Assembly: GCA_964480485.1 (NCBI GenBank)
Contig: CAYZOP010000002.1
Coordinates: 370,366 to 434,365 of the forward strand
Length of the DNA stretch: 64,000 bases
DNA from: an uncultured Desulfobacterales bacterium
GTDB lineage: Bacteria; Desulfobacterota; Desulfobaccia; Desulfobaccales; 0-14-0-80-60-11
Direction: 5' to 3'
In this document: piece by piece, positions 62,400-64,000 of the stretch
Numbering within the stretch: the first letter of the stretch is position 1
Layout: the number at the start of each line of letters is the position of its first letter
Notes under the pieces: generated by a model
What the model was told of the DNA's origin: nothing
What the model saw: only the letters and a program-made list of their open reading frames with translations
Databases searched by the model: none
Program-made: the position numbers and the translations under genes

Positions 62400-64000
62400 T
62401 TAGCCAATAATCGGATCCATGCCCAAGGCCGGATGGTTTTTCTCCGTCAGGAAGGGCAGGATTTCGTCCTCGGTCACCCCCACGCTCTCATCGGCGATGC
62501 GATCGATGAGGTCAGGAATCCCCAACTCCTCGCCCCGCTTGATGAGGCGCTCCCGGATCTCCTCCTTGAGGATTTTGGGCATCCACACCAGGCGCAGCAG
62601 GCCACCGTCCCCGGCGATGAATTTCCGCTGGGTGATGTTGTACTTGCTGTGGCCCACGAAGCCCGGGGTCACCTGGCCGCCGCCGATAACGCCCGCCAGG
62701 GTGGTGAACTTCATCCCAGCCGGAGTCTCACCGGTATAGTCCCGGTTGACGGTCATGATACCGTTGCACATGGGCAGGACGGCGGAGATGCACTCGCAAC
62801 AGCCGCAGGTGGTCATGGGGTCATAGACCAGGCTGTAGAAGTTGTACTGGGACACGGCCTGCCGGGAGGCCTTGAACACGAATTCGTTGACTCCCTGCCA
62901 CTGGCCCAGCTTGGGATCCAGGGTTTCGCCCTTCTGGATGGGCTGGTTGGGACCGGTGGGGTTGATCTCGTAGGAGGCCTTGCAGTCCATCCAGTTGTAG
63001 GCGCCGCATAGGCCGGTGCGCTCCGGGCTGATGACGCACACATGGTTGGGGGCGAAGGACTGGCACAGCGTGCAGGAGTAGTAGGTTTCGGTGGTTTCGT
63101 CGGTCATGCCTTCCACCCGGGCGTCCCGCTCTTTATAAACCTTGCGGGCCTCGGCGGTGATTGCGTCCACCTTGTCCTTTTCGGTGTAGAGCTTCACCTG
63201 ACACTTGTCGAAGATGGCCCCAAAGTCCTGGTGGAACTTGGCGTGCAGGATGGTGCCGATGTGCTTCAGGGTGAACCCTTTCTCCACCGCCTGCTTGCCG
63301 ATGCGGTACCAGGCGATGTCCCGCTGCCCGATGTGCATGATGCCCTGGGCGTAGTTCACCAGGTGGTGAATCTGCCGCTCCAGGATGGGTTCGAAGTCGG
63401 GCTGGAAGTTGCGGCCAGCCACTTCCACCACCACGGCCAGGGGCAGGCGCATGGGTATTTTGTCCTGGGGCAGGTCGGGAAGATCCGGGCCGATGACCTC
63501 GATCTTGCCGTCTTCCACCTCTTCCATGCGCTTGCTGGTGACCAGCTCCACCGCCTGGGTCTTGCCGCCGCCGCACTCGGCGTACAGGTCATCCTTGCGC
63601 ACCCGCTCGCCCTCGAAGGCGGCGCCGAAGTTCACCGGGATGTCAATATGGGTCACCTGGACCTTCAGGCCCCGCACCTCGATGGACTTCTGGCTGATTT
63701 CCGACATGGGCACGTTGGAGACCACGTGCTCATAGGTGCAGATACCGGTGGGCAGCACCTGGGGGATGTCCTGGTTGGTAATGGTGGGGAAGCCCCAGTT
63801 GATGGCGCCGGCGGCGTTGGCGTACCATTCGTCCGAAATGGTGGACAACGCGTTGACGAAGGCGAAGATGCGGTCCTTGTTGTAAAGCAGCATCTTCAGA
63901 GCGGCCCCGGGTTTAACGCCACCGAAGGCCATGGCGGCCCGGTTGGCGAAGCCCAAGGCAAAGACCGCGGCAGAGATGTCCGGCCCGAAGGGCACGATGC
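62400..64000 (-). CDS. acsB: Acetyl-CoA synthase (A-cluster subunit), N-terminus beyond the window
   Basis: C-terminal A-cluster region ..CGAYNWMDCKASYEINP.. and ..TTCGCCECISAV.. The ORF is open to the window edge. Confidence 0.9.
   Translation of the reverse strand, partial: IVPFGPDISAAVFALGFANRAAMAFGGVKPGAALKMLLYNKDRIFAFVNALSTISDEWYANAAGAINWGFPTITNQDIPQVLPTGICTYEHVVSNVPMSEISQKSIEVRGLKVQVTHIDIPVNFGAAFEGERVRKDDLYAECGGGKTQAVELVTSKRMEEVEDGKIEVIGPDLPDLPQDKIPMRLPLAVVVEVAGRNFQPDFEPILERQIHHLVNYAQGIMHIGQRDIAWYRIGKQAVEKGFTLKHIGTILHAKFHQDFGAIFDKCQVKLYTEKDKVDAITAEARKVYKERDARVEGMTDETTETYYSCTLCQSFAPNHVCVISPERTGLCGAYNWMDCKASYEINPTGPNQPIQKGETLDPKLGQWQGVNEFVFKASRQAVSQYNFYSLVYDPMTTCGCCECISAVLPMCNGIMTVNRDYTGETPAGMKFTTLAGVIGGGQVTPGFVGHSKYNITQRKFIAGDGGLLRLVWMPKILKEEIRERLIKRGEELGIPDLIDRIADESVGVTEDEILPFLTEKNHPALGMDPIIG

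Overview
This is a GC-rich (roughly 60-65% by eye), very gene-dense bacterial chromosomal segment. I call about 55 protein genes and one tRNA. I found no CRISPR array, transposase, integrase, phage genes or rRNA.

The content is mostly housekeeping:
- Heat shock: hrcA (3' end), grpE, dnaK.
- Tetrapyrrole: sirC-like, ccsA/hemX-like, hemA.
- NAD: nadB, nadA.
- tRNA modification: mnmG, trmFO, tgt, queA.
- DNA metabolism: dprA, topA, ligA.
- Envelope: lolA, an L,D-transpeptidase, an M48 protease, and an LpoA-like lipoprotein.
- Other: glycogen synthesis (a GalT-family gene plus glgA, apparently co-transcribed with a GAF histidine kinase and a CheY), hisA, a fused radical-SAM gene followed by RNase G, and selB.
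- 3' end of the window: a Wood-Ljungdahl block (acsE, acsC, acsB, the last truncated by the window edge).

LolA and lipoproteins, selB, the acs genes and the hemA-ccsA-sirC arrangement together suggest an anaerobic Gram-negative lineage, possibly Desulfobacterota-like. That is inference only.

All family names come from motif recognition by eye, because no database search was possible. Many very long antisense ORFs in the six-frame track are artefacts of the high GC content, and I rejected them.

No clear-cut novel multi-gene system such as a defence island is visible. The items most worth follow-up are:
1. An orphan HslV/proteasome-beta-like Ntn hydrolase with its own promoter, inserted between dprA and topA.
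2. A 514-aa protein whose C-terminus looks like a divergent diadenylate-cyclase (DisA_N) domain, with DGA present but RHQ in place of RHR.
3. A dynamin-like GTPase plus an NTF2-like gene sitting directly after yajC.
4. A tandem pair of secreted proteins with polylysine tails, downstream of tRNA-Met.
5. A stand-alone HisKA/DHp protein.
6. Several candidate cis-regulatory RNAs: the hisA leader, the mtaD leader, and tandem terminators upstream of the CBS-ACT gene.
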